DNA from: Collinsella sp. | GTDB lineage: Bacteria > Actinomycetota > Coriobacteriia > Coriobacteriales > Coriobacteriaceae | Direction: 5' to 3' | DNA: 43,674 bases | Assembly (NCBI GenBank): GCA_048425625.1 | Contig: DBFNYT010000067.1 | Location: 1-43,674 of the forward strand | Part shown: positions 28,849 to 39,234 of the stretch, in pieces | Numbering within the stretch: position 1 is the first letter of the stretch | Layout: every line of letters starts with the position of its first letter | Position numbers and translations under genes: made by a program | Notes under the pieces: model-generated | What the model saw: the letters and a program-made list of their open reading frames with translations, nothing else | The model's database searches: none | What the model was told of the DNA's origin: nothing

Positions 28849-30873
28849 CTACATCAAGTTGCAAACAGCCGCCGCGAAGGCCACGGGGTCCTCGGGGAGG
28901 ATGCCCTCGACCAGCAGGGCCTGATCGTAGAGCAAGCCTGAGTACTGCTTGATCTTGTCAGTGTCGCCCGCCTTCTGAGCAGCGACGAGCTTGGCAAAGA
29001 CCGGGTGCTTGGCGTTGAGCTCGAGCACGCGCTGGCTCTTGGGCATACCGTCGGGCGCGCCCTCGGGTCCCTTCTGGAGCACCTTCTCCATCTCGAGCGA
29101 AAGCGGGCCCTCGGTGGTGATGCAAGCGGGGGCATCGGTCAGGCGCGCGGAGACGGCAACTTTCTCGACCTTGTCACCGAGCGCCTCCTTCATAGCGCTA
29201 AAGAGGTCCTCGTTTTCCTTGGTGGCGTCCTCGGCCTCCTTCTTCTCGTCCTCGGTCGCCAGATCAAGATCGCCAGTCGCAACGTTCTTGAGCTCTAGAT
29301 GACGATCCTCGACCTCGGGCTCGGCACCGTCGGCCACAGCCTTCTCGGCAGCCTCGCGGGCAGCATCGTCCTCGTAGATCTTGGGCATATCGGCGGCAAC
29401 GTACTCACGCATAGCCTGGAACGTGAACTCGTCCACATCCTGCGTCAGAAGCAGCACGTCATAACCGCGGTCGAGCACGCCCTTTACCACGGGCATCTTT
29501 GCCAAGCGCTCACGCGAGTCGCCGGCGGCGTAGTAGATGGCCTTCTGATCCTCGGGCATGCCCTTGGCATACTCGGCCAGGGTAATCATCTTCTGTTCCT
29601 TGGCAGACCAGAACAGCAGCAGGTCGGCGAGCTCATCGGCCTTCATGCCATAGCTCGAGTAGATGCCGTACTTAAGACCGCGGCCAAAGTTCTCGAAGAA
29701 CTTCTCGTAGGCCTCGCGGTCGTTGTCTCGCATATCCTCAAGGTCGGCGGTAATCTTCTTTTCCACACGCTTGGCGATGGCCTTGAGCTGACGGTTCTGC
29801 TGCAGCGTCTCGCGCGAGATGTTGAGCGACACGTCGGCGGAATCCACGACGCCGCGGACAAAGTTGTAGTAGTCGGGCAGCAGGTCGTCGCACTTCTCCA
29901 TAATCAGGACGTTGGAGCTGTAGAGCGACAGGCCCTTCTCGTAATCTTTGCTGTACAGATCGAACGGCGCGCGACCTGGCACAAACAGCAGTGCGTCGTA
30001 CTCGAGCGTACCCTCGGCGTGGAAGCTGATGGTGCGCGCAGGATCGTCAAAGTCGTGGAACGTGGACTTGTAGAACTCGTCGTAGTCCTTCTGCTCGACA
30101 TCGGAGCTGCGCTTCTTCCAGATCGGTGTCATGGAATTGACGGTCTCGAGCTCCTGGTAGTCCTCGTACTCGGGCTTGTAATCGTCGCCGGCGTCCTCGG
30201 GCTTGGGTTTCTGGCGGCTCTTGGACACCATCATCTGAATCGGGTAGCGCACATAGTTGCTGTACTGCTGAATCAGGCTCTTGAGACCCCACTCGGTCAG
30301 GAAGCGATCGTAGGTCTCGGCCTCGCCGTCGGCATCGAGCTTCTCGTTCTCGCGCAGCGTCAGGATGACATCGGTACCGTGCTCGGCGCGCTCACCGTCC
30401 TCGATGGTGTAGCCCTCAAGACCGTCGGATTCCCACACATGGGCGACATCCTCGCCATAGGCGCGGCTGACGACCTTCACATGGCTGGCAACCATAAAGG
30501 CAGAGTAGAAGCCCACGCCAAACTGGCCGATGATGTCGACATCGGAGCCCTGCTGCTCGGCGTTCTCGGTCTTAAACTCCTCGGAGCCGGAATGGGCGAT
30601 GGTGCCCAGATTGCGCTCGAGCTCCTCGGCGGTCATGCCAATGCCGTTATCCGAGATGGTAATGGTGCGGGCGTCTTTATCAAAGGAGACGCGAATGGCC
30701 AGGTCGCCCTGGTTGATCTTGACGCTCGGATCCTGCAGGCTCTTAAAGTTGAGCTTGTCGACGGCGTCGCTCGCGTTAGAGATAAGCTCGCGCAGGAAGA
30801 TTTCCTTATTGGTGTAGATGGAGTTGATCATGAGGTCGAGCAGTTTTTTGCTCTCGGTCTTAAATTGACGCAT
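28849..30873 (-). CDS. htpG: Molecular chaperone HtpG (Hsp90)
   Basis: NKEIFLRELISNASDA, DNGIGM, NLGTIAHSG, IGQFGVGFYSAF, LNISRETLQ. Confidence 0.97.
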   Translation of the reverse strand: MRQFKTESKKLLDLMINSIYTNKEIFLRELISNASDAVDKLNFKSLQDPSVKINQGDLAIRVSFDKDARTITISDNGIGMTAEELERNLGTIAHSGSEEFKTENAEQQGSDVDIIGQFGVGFYSAFMVASHVKVVSRAYGEDVAHVWESDGLEGYTIEDGERAEHGTDVILTLRENEKLDADGEAETYDRFLTEWGLKSLIQQYSNYVRYPIQMMVSKSRQKPKPEDAGDDYKPEYEDYQELETVNSMTPIWKKRSSDVEQKDYDEFYKSTFHDFDDPARTISFHAEGTLEYDALLFVPGRAPFDLYSKDYEKGLSLYSSNVLIMEKCDDLLPDYYNFVRGVVDSADVSLNISRETLQQNRQLKAIAKRVEKKITADLEDMRDNDREAYEKFFENFGRGLKYGIYSSYGMKADELADLLLFWSAKEQKMITLAEYAKGMPEDQKAIYYAAGDSRERLAKMPVVKGVLDRGYDVLLLTQDVDEFTFQAMREYVAADMPKIYEDDAAREAAEKAVADGAEPEVEDRHLELKNVATGDLDLATEDEKKEAEDATKENEDLFSAMKEALGDKVEKVAVSARLTDAPACITTEGPLSLEMEKVLQKGPEGAPDGMPKSQRVLELNAKHPVFAKLVAAQKAGDTDKIKQYSGLLYDQALLVEGILPEDPVAFAAAVCNLM

Positions 30874-31075
30874 GTGCAGTCCTTTCGCGCTACCCCCGTC
30901 CGCAAAAACGGCCCGGTTGCCCGAGCCGCATCGCAGACCTGCTATGTTCAGACTTAGATTTTATAACCCAATAGCGCGCATATATACATACGGAATCGAA
31001 AAACTGTATGTCCGAGCGCTCCAATGCGTCAATTGCCAAGGAGTGTCCCCAGCTGCCGGCAGAAAAGGAACGTCC

Positions 31076-31576
31076 CTATCTGCCATCTACGCGCTTGGCC
31101 ATCCAGACATGGGGCTGGCCCTCGTCTTCGTAATCTACCGGGGCAATTTGCGTGTAGCCCGCCTTTACATAGAGCGGCAGCACGTATTCCTGCGCATGCA
31201 GCTTAATAAGCTTGGCGCCGGCATCGCGTGCACACGAAGCACTGGTCTCCACGATCGCACTCGCCAGTCCGCGACGACGCATAGCCGGCAGCACGGCGAC
31301 GCGCCCCATAATGTAGGTCTCCCCCGCCGCAACGCCTTCGTCCATGTCGCATGCCGGCAACACCGGGGCCTCTGCGTCAGCCACGCGCTCAAGCTCTTCG
31401 GGAAACACGCGCGAGCAACCGGCAAGCTCGCCGTCTACATAGAGCGTCACATGAATGCAGTTTGGATCCTCGTCGATAGCGTCGAACTCATTCTCGTAGC
31501 CCTGCTCGTCCATAAAAACGACGCGGCGCACCAACGCCGCGTCATCAAAGCATCCCGTCTTAAGTTGGATATCCAT
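31076..31576 (-). CDS. GNAT-family N-acetyltransferase (YjcF/ElaA-like)
   Basis: VRRVVFMDEQG, GRVAVLPAMRRRGLAS, LHAQ..YVKAGY, EDEGQPHVWM; GAAAGGG RBS. Confidence 0.9.
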   Translation of the reverse strand: MDIQLKTGCFDDAALVRRVVFMDEQGYENEFDAIDEDPNCIHVTLYVDGELAGCSRVFPEELERVADAEAPVLPACDMDEGVAAGETYIMGRVAVLPAMRRRGLASAIVETSASCARDAGAKLIKLHAQEYVLPLYVKAGYTQIAPVDYEDEGQPHVWMAKRVDGR

Positions 31577-31615
31577 GGCTGCCCTTTCATTCAATGCGAA
31601 CGTTAGGGACAGATT

Positions 31616-32266
31616 TTAGCGAAAATGAGCTCCGCGTACGCTAAACTTCGCGCGAGCCTTCGCCAGGCAGTCGTAATGACCCACGTTATGGGCATCGCTC
31701 GCGATGAAGCTGTACAGGTTCTGATCGAACAGGCGCTGTGCCGGCTTTTTCTCGCGACCAAAGCGACCGCCGGCAATAAAGTCCGCCGAAGCCTGCAGCT
31801 TGCAGCCCATATCGACCAGACGCTCCGCCACGCTTACATCCTTTTGAACCGCACGATAGCGCTCAGGATGAGCGATGATCACCTGGTAGCCACGGCACTG
31901 CAAATCGTAAATCGTGTTCTCGTACTCTCTAAACGCATACGCATCGGCATGCGTCGAAAGTTCGAGCAGAAACTCGTTGGTCCCATCGAAATGCAAGTGC
32001 TCCGCGGCATCGATACCAAGCTCAACGAGCTTTCGATGGTTGACCTCGAAGCCCATCTGGAGCGGAAAACCGTCAGCGTTATCACGCAGCAGCTCAAAGG
32101 CATCCCACATCTTGTCGTAATCAAAATAGGGATCACGGCAGTGAGGAGTGCAAACGATTCTGGTTACACCGGCCCGCTTGGCAGCCTCGAGCATCGCCAA
32201 GCTCTCATCGAGATCGGCGGCGCCGTCGTCTACACCCGGCAAGATATGGCAATGAATGTCACGCAT
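31616..32266 (-). CDS. CpsB/CapC-family PHP protein-tyrosine phosphatase
   Basis: DIHCHILPGVDDGA, TPH, IAHPERY, ASDAH. Confidence 0.93.
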   Translation of the reverse strand: MRDIHCHILPGVDDGAADLDESLAMLEAAKRAGVTRIVCTPHCRDPYFDYDKMWDAFELLRDNADGFPLQMGFEVNHRKLVELGIDAAEHLHFDGTNEFLLELSTHADAYAFREYENTIYDLQCRGYQVIIAHPERYRAVQKDVSVAERLVDMGCKLQASADFIAGGRFGREKKPAQRLFDQNLYSFIASDAHNVGHYDCLAKARAKFSVRGAHFR

Positions 32267-32283
32267 AGGTCAGCCTTAATCAA

Positions 32284-33021
32284 CTAAACGTTTGCTCGGT
32301 TGGTGAAGATGCCCTTTTTGGAAGTCCCCTGATCGTCGGAGCCCTTCTTAACCTTCTTACCGTCCTTGGTGTAGTAGGAGTAGTAGTACTCGCTGGTCTC
32401 GGTCTCGCAGTAGTTCATAACGGTACCGATGAGCTTGACCTTCTCGGACTTCTTAAGCTGACCGATGGCGTTGAGCGCCTCCTCGCGCTTGGTGAAGTCC
32501 TCGCGCACCACGAACAGCGTGCCGTCGGTCAGGCTGGCAATCTCGGCAGCATCGATGAAGGTGCCGACCGGGGGAGCGTCGAAGATGACGTACTGGAACT
32601 TAGCAGACAGTGCCTTTACCAGCTTGGCAAAGCGGTGAGAGACGATGATGTCGGCAGGATTGGGAATATGCGGCTCGGCATCAAGGAAGTAGAAGTTCTT
32701 CTGACCCGTCTCGACAATTGCCTGGTCAATGGAGATCTGCTCGGAAAGAACCGCATAGAGTCCGCCGCGCGAACGAACGCCGAGCATATCGGAAAGGGAC
32801 CTGCGGCGCATATCGGCCTCAACCAGGAGCACGGACTTGCCACTCGTGGCAATTGCCTGAGCAAGGTTAATGGAAACCGTAGACTTGCCCTCGTTGGGAA
32901 TCGAGGAGGTAACGGTGATGGTGCGAATGGGGTCGTCCACGCTCGCAAAGCGGATGTTGGCCAGAAGGGTCTTGGCGGCATTCTGTACAACGAGCTTATC
33001 GGTGTTCTTTGCCTTAGCCAT
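32284..33021 (-). CDS. CpsD/CapB-family bacterial tyrosine (BY) kinase
   Basis: Walker A SSIPNEGKS, EADMRR, VIFDAPP, C-terminal Tyr cluster EYYYSYY. Confidence 0.93.
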   Translation of the reverse strand: MAKAKNTDKLVVQNAAKTLLANIRFASVDDPIRTITVTSSIPNEGKSTVSINLAQAIATSGKSVLLVEADMRRRSLSDMLGVRSRGGLYAVLSEQISIDQAIVETGQKNFYFLDAEPHIPNPADIIVSHRFAKLVKALSAKFQYVIFDAPPVGTFIDAAEIASLTDGTLFVVREDFTKREEALNAIGQLKKSEKVKLIGTVMNYCETETSEYYYSYYTKDGKKVKKGSDDQGTSKKGIFTNRANV

Positions 33022-33023
33022 GC

Positions 33024-33680
33024 CTATTTACCACCTTTCATAGCCGGAATTCGGCCAACAACGGGAATGCCCAGGAGCTCTTCTGCCTCTTCGGCACCGC
33101 GGATGCGGGTGTTGAGCATGTCTGCCAAAACGACATAGGCAACTGCGATAAAGATGCCCGCGAGGAACGCGACAGCAACGTACAGCATACGCTTGGGGCC
33201 GCTGGGGGCTTCGGGGGTCTTAGCCTCGTCGATAACGTTGATGCTCTGGGCAGCGCCGACGTTCTGAGCGACCGTACTCACCGAGCTAGCTATGGCCTTT
33301 GCGACCTTAGCCGTCTCCTTGGCATCGGTGCCGGTAACCGAAAGCGTAATGACACGCGTGGTGGTCTCGGAGGAAACAGACACCTTGTAGTCATCCAGAT
33401 CGGTGAGGCCCAGTTCATTGGCTGCGCCGCTCTTAACGCTATCGCTATCCAGCAGCGTGGCGATATCGTTGGAAAGCATCTGACTCGCCGAGAGATCGTT
33501 GTAGCTCATCTGACCGCTATCGTCGGTCTTGGCGAGAATGTACATGCTCGTCGTCGCGGTATAGGTGTTGTCCATCGCAACGAAGGACACGATGCCCATG
33601 GCGATCGCGCAGACCACCGGAAGGGTGATGACCAGCTGAAGGTGCTTCTTCAGCAGCTGGAACAGTTCGAGAAGGGTCAT
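33024..33680 (-). CDS. CpsC/YveK-family (Wzz-like) BY-kinase activator
   Basis: Two TMs, YTATTSMYI, VIDEAKTPEAPSGP, LGIPVVGRIP tail. Confidence 0.9.
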   Translation of the reverse strand: MTLLELFQLLKKHLQLVITLPVVCAIAMGIVSFVAMDNTYTATTSMYILAKTDDSGQMSYNDLSASQMLSNDIATLLDSDSVKSGAANELGLTDLDDYKVSVSSETTTRVITLSVTGTDAKETAKVAKAIASSVSTVAQNVGAAQSINVIDEAKTPEAPSGPKRMLYVAVAFLAGIFIAVAYVVLADMLNTRIRGAEEAEELLGIPVVGRIPAMKGGK

Positions 33681-33875
33681 GCAGCTTGCCTTTCATTTCC
33701 CCAGTTCGGATTGACAAAACTGTCCGTATGTTATCGCATCTTTTTACCGAGACCAAACTCTATACATAAGAAACAGGCTCTCCTGTAAAAATGTCGGAAG
33801 CAATCGTAAAATTGCACAACAACGCCGCACCCGAAAGTCAAATGCGGCGTCTACATCAATATCTATGTTGTATCG

Positions 33876-35300
33876 CTATGCGAATGGCTCGTCCTGCTGT
33901 ATGGGAAACGTCACCGTAATGGTGGTTCCCACGCCCAACTCGCTCGACAGATCGAGCGTGGCGTGATGATACAGGGCCGCATGCTTGACAATGGCAAGCC
34001 CCAGACCGGTTCCGCCGCGTGCCTTGGACCTACTCTTGTCCACGCGATAGAACCGCTCAAATACCTTGCCCTGTTCTTCAGGCGCGATACCGATTCCCGT
34101 GTCGGCGACCGCAAGGAACGGATGGCCTTCGTCGTTGGTGCCGCACTGCAGCGTAACCGTACCGCCGGGTCGATTGTAGCGGATGGCGTTGCTTGCCAGA
34201 TTATAGATGAGCTCGTCAATCAAGCGCGACACGCCCTCGATGACCACAGGCTTGGTCTCATGACTTATCGTCACATTCGCCTGACGGGCGACCTGTTCAA
34301 GACGCTGCTCGACCGCGTAGATGGCACGCGAGAGCTCAATAGGCTCCGTGGACCCAATGGGCACCGCCTCGCCCTCAGCTGCACGCTCGGCCTCGTCCAA
34401 GTTAGACAGCGTAAGGATATCGTTGACAAGCGCTGCCAAGCGGCCCGCCTCACGATAGATGCGACCGCCAAAGTTGCGCAGGTCGCCCTCGCCCTCGACC
34501 ATGCCGTTTGCGATGAGCTCGGCATAGCCCGAAATCGCCGTAAGCGGCGTCTTGAGCTCATGGGTGATATTCGCCGTGAACTCGCGGCGCATACGGTCGT
34601 TGTCCGCTAGCACCGCCATTTGGCGCTTGAGTTCCTGGCGCTGCGACTCGATACGCTCAAGCATGGGGACCATCTCGGCATAGGCGTGCTCATAGCTACG
34701 GCGTGGGTGGTCCAAATCCACCTCTTGCAACGGCGCGATGATGGCACGGGACTCGCGGCGCGCCATAAAAAACGAGAGTACCGCACCCGCTGCTGCGATA
34801 AGCAGCATCGGCGCCACCATCGACAGCAAAATCGCCGCAACGCCAGGCTGGGCCTGCGCCAAGCGGACAACCTGGCCGTTATCAAGGGCGACGGCGCGAT
34901 ACAGCATAATCTCGTCGAGCGTAGAGCTTGCGCGCTCCGCGGAACCCAAACCACTCTCAAAGGCCTCGATGACCTCGGGGCGATCGCCATGGTTGGGCAG
35001 TGTGGAAGGCGACGCCTCGTTGTCGTAGGCAACCGATCCATCCTTGTTAATCAGCGTGATGCGCAAGTCCTCGCGATCGAGACTACGCAAGAACGGGATG
35101 GGCTCCTGCTGTTCGTCGAGAGCGGCAGCAATGAGCTCGGTTTCCTGCGCCAGATTGGCACTCGTGGCATCCGCCAAGGTGTTTTGCACAAAGAACGCAC
35201 CCAGCACCGTAAACGCCACGATAACCGCCATGGCGCAGACAAAGATCGTCACAAAAACGCGGTGCGACAGCGTATGTTTTCCCTGGGGGGCGAAGACCAC
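33876..35300 (-). CDS. Sensor histidine kinase, PhoR-like
   Basis: H-box RREFTANITHELKTPLT, NHGDRPEV sensor motif, NLASNAIRYN, FERFYRVDKSRS, GGTGLGLAIVKH. Confidence 0.9.
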   Translation of the reverse strand: MVFAPQGKHTLSHRVFVTIFVCAMAVIVAFTVLGAFFVQNTLADATSANLAQETELIAAALDEQQEPIPFLRSLDREDLRITLINKDGSVAYDNEASPSTLPNHGDRPEVIEAFESGLGSAERASSTLDEIMLYRAVALDNGQVVRLAQAQPGVAAILLSMVAPMLLIAAAGAVLSFFMARRESRAIIAPLQEVDLDHPRRSYEHAYAEMVPMLERIESQRQELKRQMAVLADNDRMRREFTANITHELKTPLTAISGYAELIANGMVEGEGDLRNFGGRIYREAGRLAALVNDILTLSNLDEAERAAEGEAVPIGSTEPIELSRAIYAVEQRLEQVARQANVTISHETKPVVIEGVSRLIDELIYNLASNAIRYNRPGGTVTLQCGTNDEGHPFLAVADTGIGIAPEEQGKVFERFYRVDKSRSKARGGTGLGLAIVKHAALYHHATLDLSSELGVGTTITVTFPIQQDEPFA

Positions 35301-35303
35301 GGG

Positions 35304-36032
35304 TTACTCCTCCGATGCGGTGGCCGCGGTGTCGTCGCCTTTGGCACCATCGCCGGCAGAAGGCTCGGCCAAGCGGTAGCCCACGCCGCGCACGGTCTCG
35401 ATGGCGCTGGCATGCTCGCCCAGTTTTTGGCGAAGCGTCTGCACGTGCACGTCAACGGTGCGCGAACCGCCGTCGAAGTCCCAGCCCCACACGCTCTGCA
35501 GCAACGACTCGCGGGTAAAAACCACGCCGGGCTTGCGCATGAGGTACTCGAGCAGGTCGAACTCGCGCAGGGTGAGCTTAAGCGGCTCGCCGGCAACGGT
35601 CACCTCGCGATGGCTGGGCGAGAGCACGATGTCGCCCACGCTGAGCACATCGCTCGCCTGCTTGACCATGCCGCCGCGACGCAGCAGTGCGCGGCAGCGG
35701 CTCGCAAGCTCCATGAGCGAAAACGGCTTAGTCAGGTAATCGTCGGCACCGCCATCGAGCGCCATCACCTTGTCGAGCTCGGTATCCTTGGCGGTAAGCA
35801 TCATGATGGGCACCGTCGCCGTCAGGCGATCGGCACGCAGTCGACGCATAATCGCCAAGCCATCGGTATCGGGCAGCATGATGTCGAGCAGGACGGCATC
35901 GGGTACCCGTCGCGCCACGGCAGCCTTAAACTCACCGTCGCACGAAAAGCCTTCGGCCTCAATCCCCTGCTTGCGCAGCGCATAGACCGTCAAATCCCTG
36001 ATGTTGTCATCGTCCTCGACGTAATAGATCAT
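35304..36032 (-). CDS. OmpR/PhoB-family response regulator, PhoP-like
   Basis: VEDD, LLDIMLP, MLTAK, DDYLTKPF, SRTVDVHVQTLRQKL, ETVRGVGYR. Confidence 0.92.
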   Translation of the reverse strand: MIYYVEDDDNIRDLTVYALRKQGIEAEGFSCDGEFKAAVARRVPDAVLLDIMLPDTDGLAIMRRLRADRLTATVPIMMLTAKDTELDKVMALDGGADDYLTKPFSLMELASRCRALLRRGGMVKQASDVLSVGDIVLSPSHREVTVAGEPLKLTLREFDLLEYLMRKPGVVFTRESLLQSVWGWDFDGGSRTVDVHVQTLRQKLGEHASAIETVRGVGYRLAEPSAGDGAKGDDTAATASEE

Positions 36033-36096
36033 GTTGAACCCCTTTGCGGCCGGCATGACCGCATCTTAACCCTAAAGGTACCTTTACTAGATGGTA

Positions 36097-36972
36097 TCAG
36101 CCAAAACGCCCCGTCAAATAATCCGCCGTGCGCGGATCGGTCGGATTCTTGAAGAGTTGCGCGGTGGGCGCGTGCTCCACCAGCTCACTCAGCAAAAAGA
36201 ATGCGACCGAATCGGAGATACGCGCCGCCTGCTGCATATTGTGCGTAACGACCACGAGCGTGCAGGTCTCTTTGAGCTCGCAGGCCAGCTGCTCCACCAC
36301 CAGCGTCGACACAGGGTCGAGTGCCGAGGTCGGCTCGTCCATCAGCAGAATGTCGGGCTGCACGGCAAGTGCGCGGGCGATGCACAGACGCTGCTGCTGG
36401 CCGCCCGAAAGACCCAGACCCGACTCTTTGAGCTTGTCCTTGGCCTCGTCCCACAGGGCGGCGCGTCGCAGGGAGTCTTCGACCAGCTCGTCGAGCACGA
36501 CGCGATCGCGCACTCCCATTCCGCGCGGACCATACGCGACGTTGTCGTAGATGCTCATGGGAAACGGGTTGGGGCGCTGGAACACCATGCCCACGCGCTG
36601 GCGAAGGCGGCAGATGTCGTAGTCGCCCAGGATATCTTGACCATCGAGCGCAATCTTGCCCTCGATTCGGCAGTCCTTGATGCCGTCGTTCATGCGGTTA
36701 AAGCAGCGCAGCAACGTGGACTTTCCGCAGCCCGAAGGCCCGATGAACGAGGTAATCTGCTTGTCGCGGATCTTGATATTCACGTCCTTGAGCGCATGGT
36801 GGTCGCCATAGAACAGGTCGAGGCCCTCAACATCGATTCGCGTCGGCGAGGCGGCAAGATCCTCTGCCGTGGGGCGAGTCGCATCCCCAACCTCGCGCTC
36901 GTGCGCGGCCTCGGCCTGCGCTTTCATGAGTTCTTCAAGCTCCGTGGGCTCCACAGCCGCAGCAGCCGTCAT
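36097..36972 (-). CDS. pstB: Phosphate ABC transporter ATP-binding protein
   Basis: [76 protein letters not shown]. Confidence 0.93.
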   Translation of the reverse strand: MTAAAAVEPTELEELMKAQAEAAHEREVGDATRPTAEDLAASPTRIDVEGLDLFYGDHHALKDVNIKIRDKQITSFIGPSGCGKSTLLRCFNRMNDGIKDCRIEGKIALDGQDILGDYDICRLRQRVGMVFQRPNPFPMSIYDNVAYGPRGMGVRDRVVLDELVEDSLRRAALWDEAKDKLKESGLGLSGGQQQRLCIARALAVQPDILLMDEPTSALDPVSTLVVEQLACELKETCTLVVVTHNMQQAARISDSVAFFLLSELVEHAPTAQLFKNPTDPRTADYLTGRFG

Positions 36973-37075
36973 ACCGCATACCTCCACATCGATATCAATT
37001 CAGCAGTATCGATAGTAGGAATCGCGGCTCATATGCACGTGAGCGCATTGTCAAGTGTTTGTAAGGGCACACTGG

Positions 37076-38314
37076 CTATGCGGCGGGCAGCTCGATGGTG
37101 AATATCGTGTGTTCGGGCGTCGATTCACATGCAACGGTACCGCCGTGCGCGCATACGATCTCCTTGGCGATGGCAAGCCCCAGTCCAGCGCCGCCGCGAT
37201 TGGTCGCACGCGCCGCATCCAGGCGATAGAACTTCTCAAAGATCACCTTGAGCTTTGGCTCGGGGATCGGATCGCCCTGGTTCACAAATCGTACGCGTAC
37301 GCCACCGTCGCCCAAACGCCTGGCCTCGATCGTAATTGTCGAGCCTTCATAGCTATAGGCAACGGCGTTTTTCATGATGTTATTGAATACGCGAGCCATC
37401 TTGTCGCCGTCCACGAGCACCGTCAGGTCCTCGCAGATATCAACCTGGGCTTCCTTGCGCTGTTCGTTGAGAATGGGATAGAACTCGTCGGCCACCTGCG
37501 CCAGCAATAGCCCCAAATCGACGTAAGCGCGGGTGAGCACGATATCGTGGAAATCAAAACGCGTGATGTCGAAAAACTCCTCGATGAGCGCGTCGAGCCG
37601 ATGGGCTTTGTCGAGCGCCACGCCCGTAAAGCGTGCACGCTGCTCAAGCGGCAAATCGGGAGCCTCCTGCAGGAGCGAAAGATAGCCCACCACGCTGGCA
37701 AGCGGCGTGCGCAGGTCGTGCGCCAGGTACGTAACCAGGTCATCTTTGCGATGCGATTCGTCGCGCAAGGCCTGTTGAACCTTACGCTCGCAATCGCGCG
37801 CCCGGTTGAGCGCACCCTCGACCTCGAGAAAGTCGCCGTCGATGGTATCCCACGTGTCGGGGTTGTCGATCAGACGGTCCTGAATACGGGCGGCGATCAC
37901 GCGGTCGGCACGCTGCTCGCCTTGCTCATAACCCTGGTAATACAGGGCACGCCCGCAAAAGAACAGGACACACACGGCGAGTGCCAGCACAAAGCCGAGC
38001 ATGTTGAACACAAAGGCGGCATTAAAGAACACGGGCCCGCCAATACCGCCAAGCGCCATGGCCCCGATCGCCAGCGTAGTCGTCCACGCGGCACCGCCGA
38101 TTACCACGCAGCGGCGAACGATTTCAAATCGATCGATCAGCAAGAAGCTAATGAGCAGAACTGCCAGGATACCAACGATATTGTCAATGCCAATGAGTAG
38201 CAGACTCAGCAAAAAGAGCAGCACCGTCGCAAGCGCACGGTTGTCGACGACCGCCCTTATGTATTCAAAGAGTCGATCGGGCACCTCGAATACCCGCCTA
38301 TCGTCTTTTGTCAT
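37076..38314 (-). CDS. Sensor histidine kinase, VanS-like
   Basis: RKDDLVTYLAHDLRTPLASVVGYL, LIEEFFDITRF, KMARVFNNIMKNAVAYS, FEKFYRLD, GGAGLGLAIAK; these motifs are typical of VanS-type kinases. Confidence 0.85.
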   Translation of the reverse strand: MTKDDRRVFEVPDRLFEYIRAVVDNRALATVLLFLLSLLLIGIDNIVGILAVLLISFLLIDRFEIVRRCVVIGGAAWTTTLAIGAMALGGIGGPVFFNAAFVFNMLGFVLALAVCVLFFCGRALYYQGYEQGEQRADRVIAARIQDRLIDNPDTWDTIDGDFLEVEGALNRARDCERKVQQALRDESHRKDDLVTYLAHDLRTPLASVVGYLSLLQEAPDLPLEQRARFTGVALDKAHRLDALIEEFFDITRFDFHDIVLTRAYVDLGLLLAQVADEFYPILNEQRKEAQVDICEDLTVLVDGDKMARVFNNIMKNAVAYSYEGSTITIEARRLGDGGVRVRFVNQGDPIPEPKLKVIFEKFYRLDAARATNRGGAGLGLAIAKEIVCAHGGTVACESTPEHTIFTIELPAA

Positions 38315-38339
38315 ATCCACTTCCCCACCATCAAAGGCG

Positions 38340-39035
38340 TTATTCGATTATGTAGCCAACGCCCCAGACGTTTTTGATAAAGCGCGGCTTTTGAGCATCG
38401 TCGCCGATCTTTTCACGCAGATGGCGGATGTGCACCATCACCGTATTGTTGGAGCCGGGCATAAAATCCTCGTTCCACACCGCGCGGAACAGGTCCCCCA
38501 CGGCCACCACGCTGCCACGATGCTCGACCAGATACAGCAAGATGGAATACTCGATGGGCGTGAGGCGCACCGGTGCACCGTCCACCGTCACACAACGAGC
38601 GTCGCGGTTGATCTCGAGGCCGTCGAGCTGGATGGTCGGCGACTCGACCGCCTGTGCGCGGCTGTCGTAGCTAGTGTAACGACGGAGCTGAGCATGAACG
38701 CGCGCAATGAGCTCCAGCGGACGGAACGGCTTGACCACGTAATCGTCTGCGCCCAACGAGAGGCCCTCGATCTTGTCATGTTGGGCATCGCGCGCCGTCA
38801 GCATAATAACGGGATAGGTATGGCTAGCGCGGATGGTGCGCAGCAGCTCAAAGCCGTCGATATCGGGCAGCATGACGTCCAGCAGCGCCAGATCGAACTC
38901 CTGCTCCAAAATCGCCTTGGCAGCATCTGCGCCGCTATAGGCAATCTGCACATCAAAGCCCTCTTTTGTAAGGTAGATACCGACCAGGTCGGCGATGGCC
39001 TTCTCATCATCAACTACCAAAATGCGCTCGTTCAT
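38340..39035 (-). CDS. Response regulator, VanR-like
   Basis: LDVMLPDIDGF, HTYPVIMLTA, KPFRPLELIARV, NNTVMVHIRHLREK, KNVWGVGY. Confidence 0.88.
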   Translation of the reverse strand: MNERILVVDDEKAIADLVGIYLTKEGFDVQIAYSGADAAKAILEQEFDLALLDVMLPDIDGFELLRTIRASHTYPVIMLTARDAQHDKIEGLSLGADDYVVKPFRPLELIARVHAQLRRYTSYDSRAQAVESPTIQLDGLEINRDARCVTVDGAPVRLTPIEYSILLYLVEHRGSVVAVGDLFRAVWNEDFMPGSNNTVMVHIRHLREKIGDDAQKPRFIKNVWGVGYIIE

Positions 39036-39234
39036 GCGTGCTCCTCTCGCGCTCCATTATGCCCGAGGCAGTGTGCGCCACACACAACAAGCGCGGGCGA
39101 TTAAGTCGACCTTAAGCACCTATATGTCCGTTCGGGCGCAGACATGGGCCGCGCACGCCCGCGCACTGATTGTCCGCGCCGGTAAACGATATACTTTGAA
39201 CTCTAAAGAGACCATCCCGTCGAAAGCGAAATCT

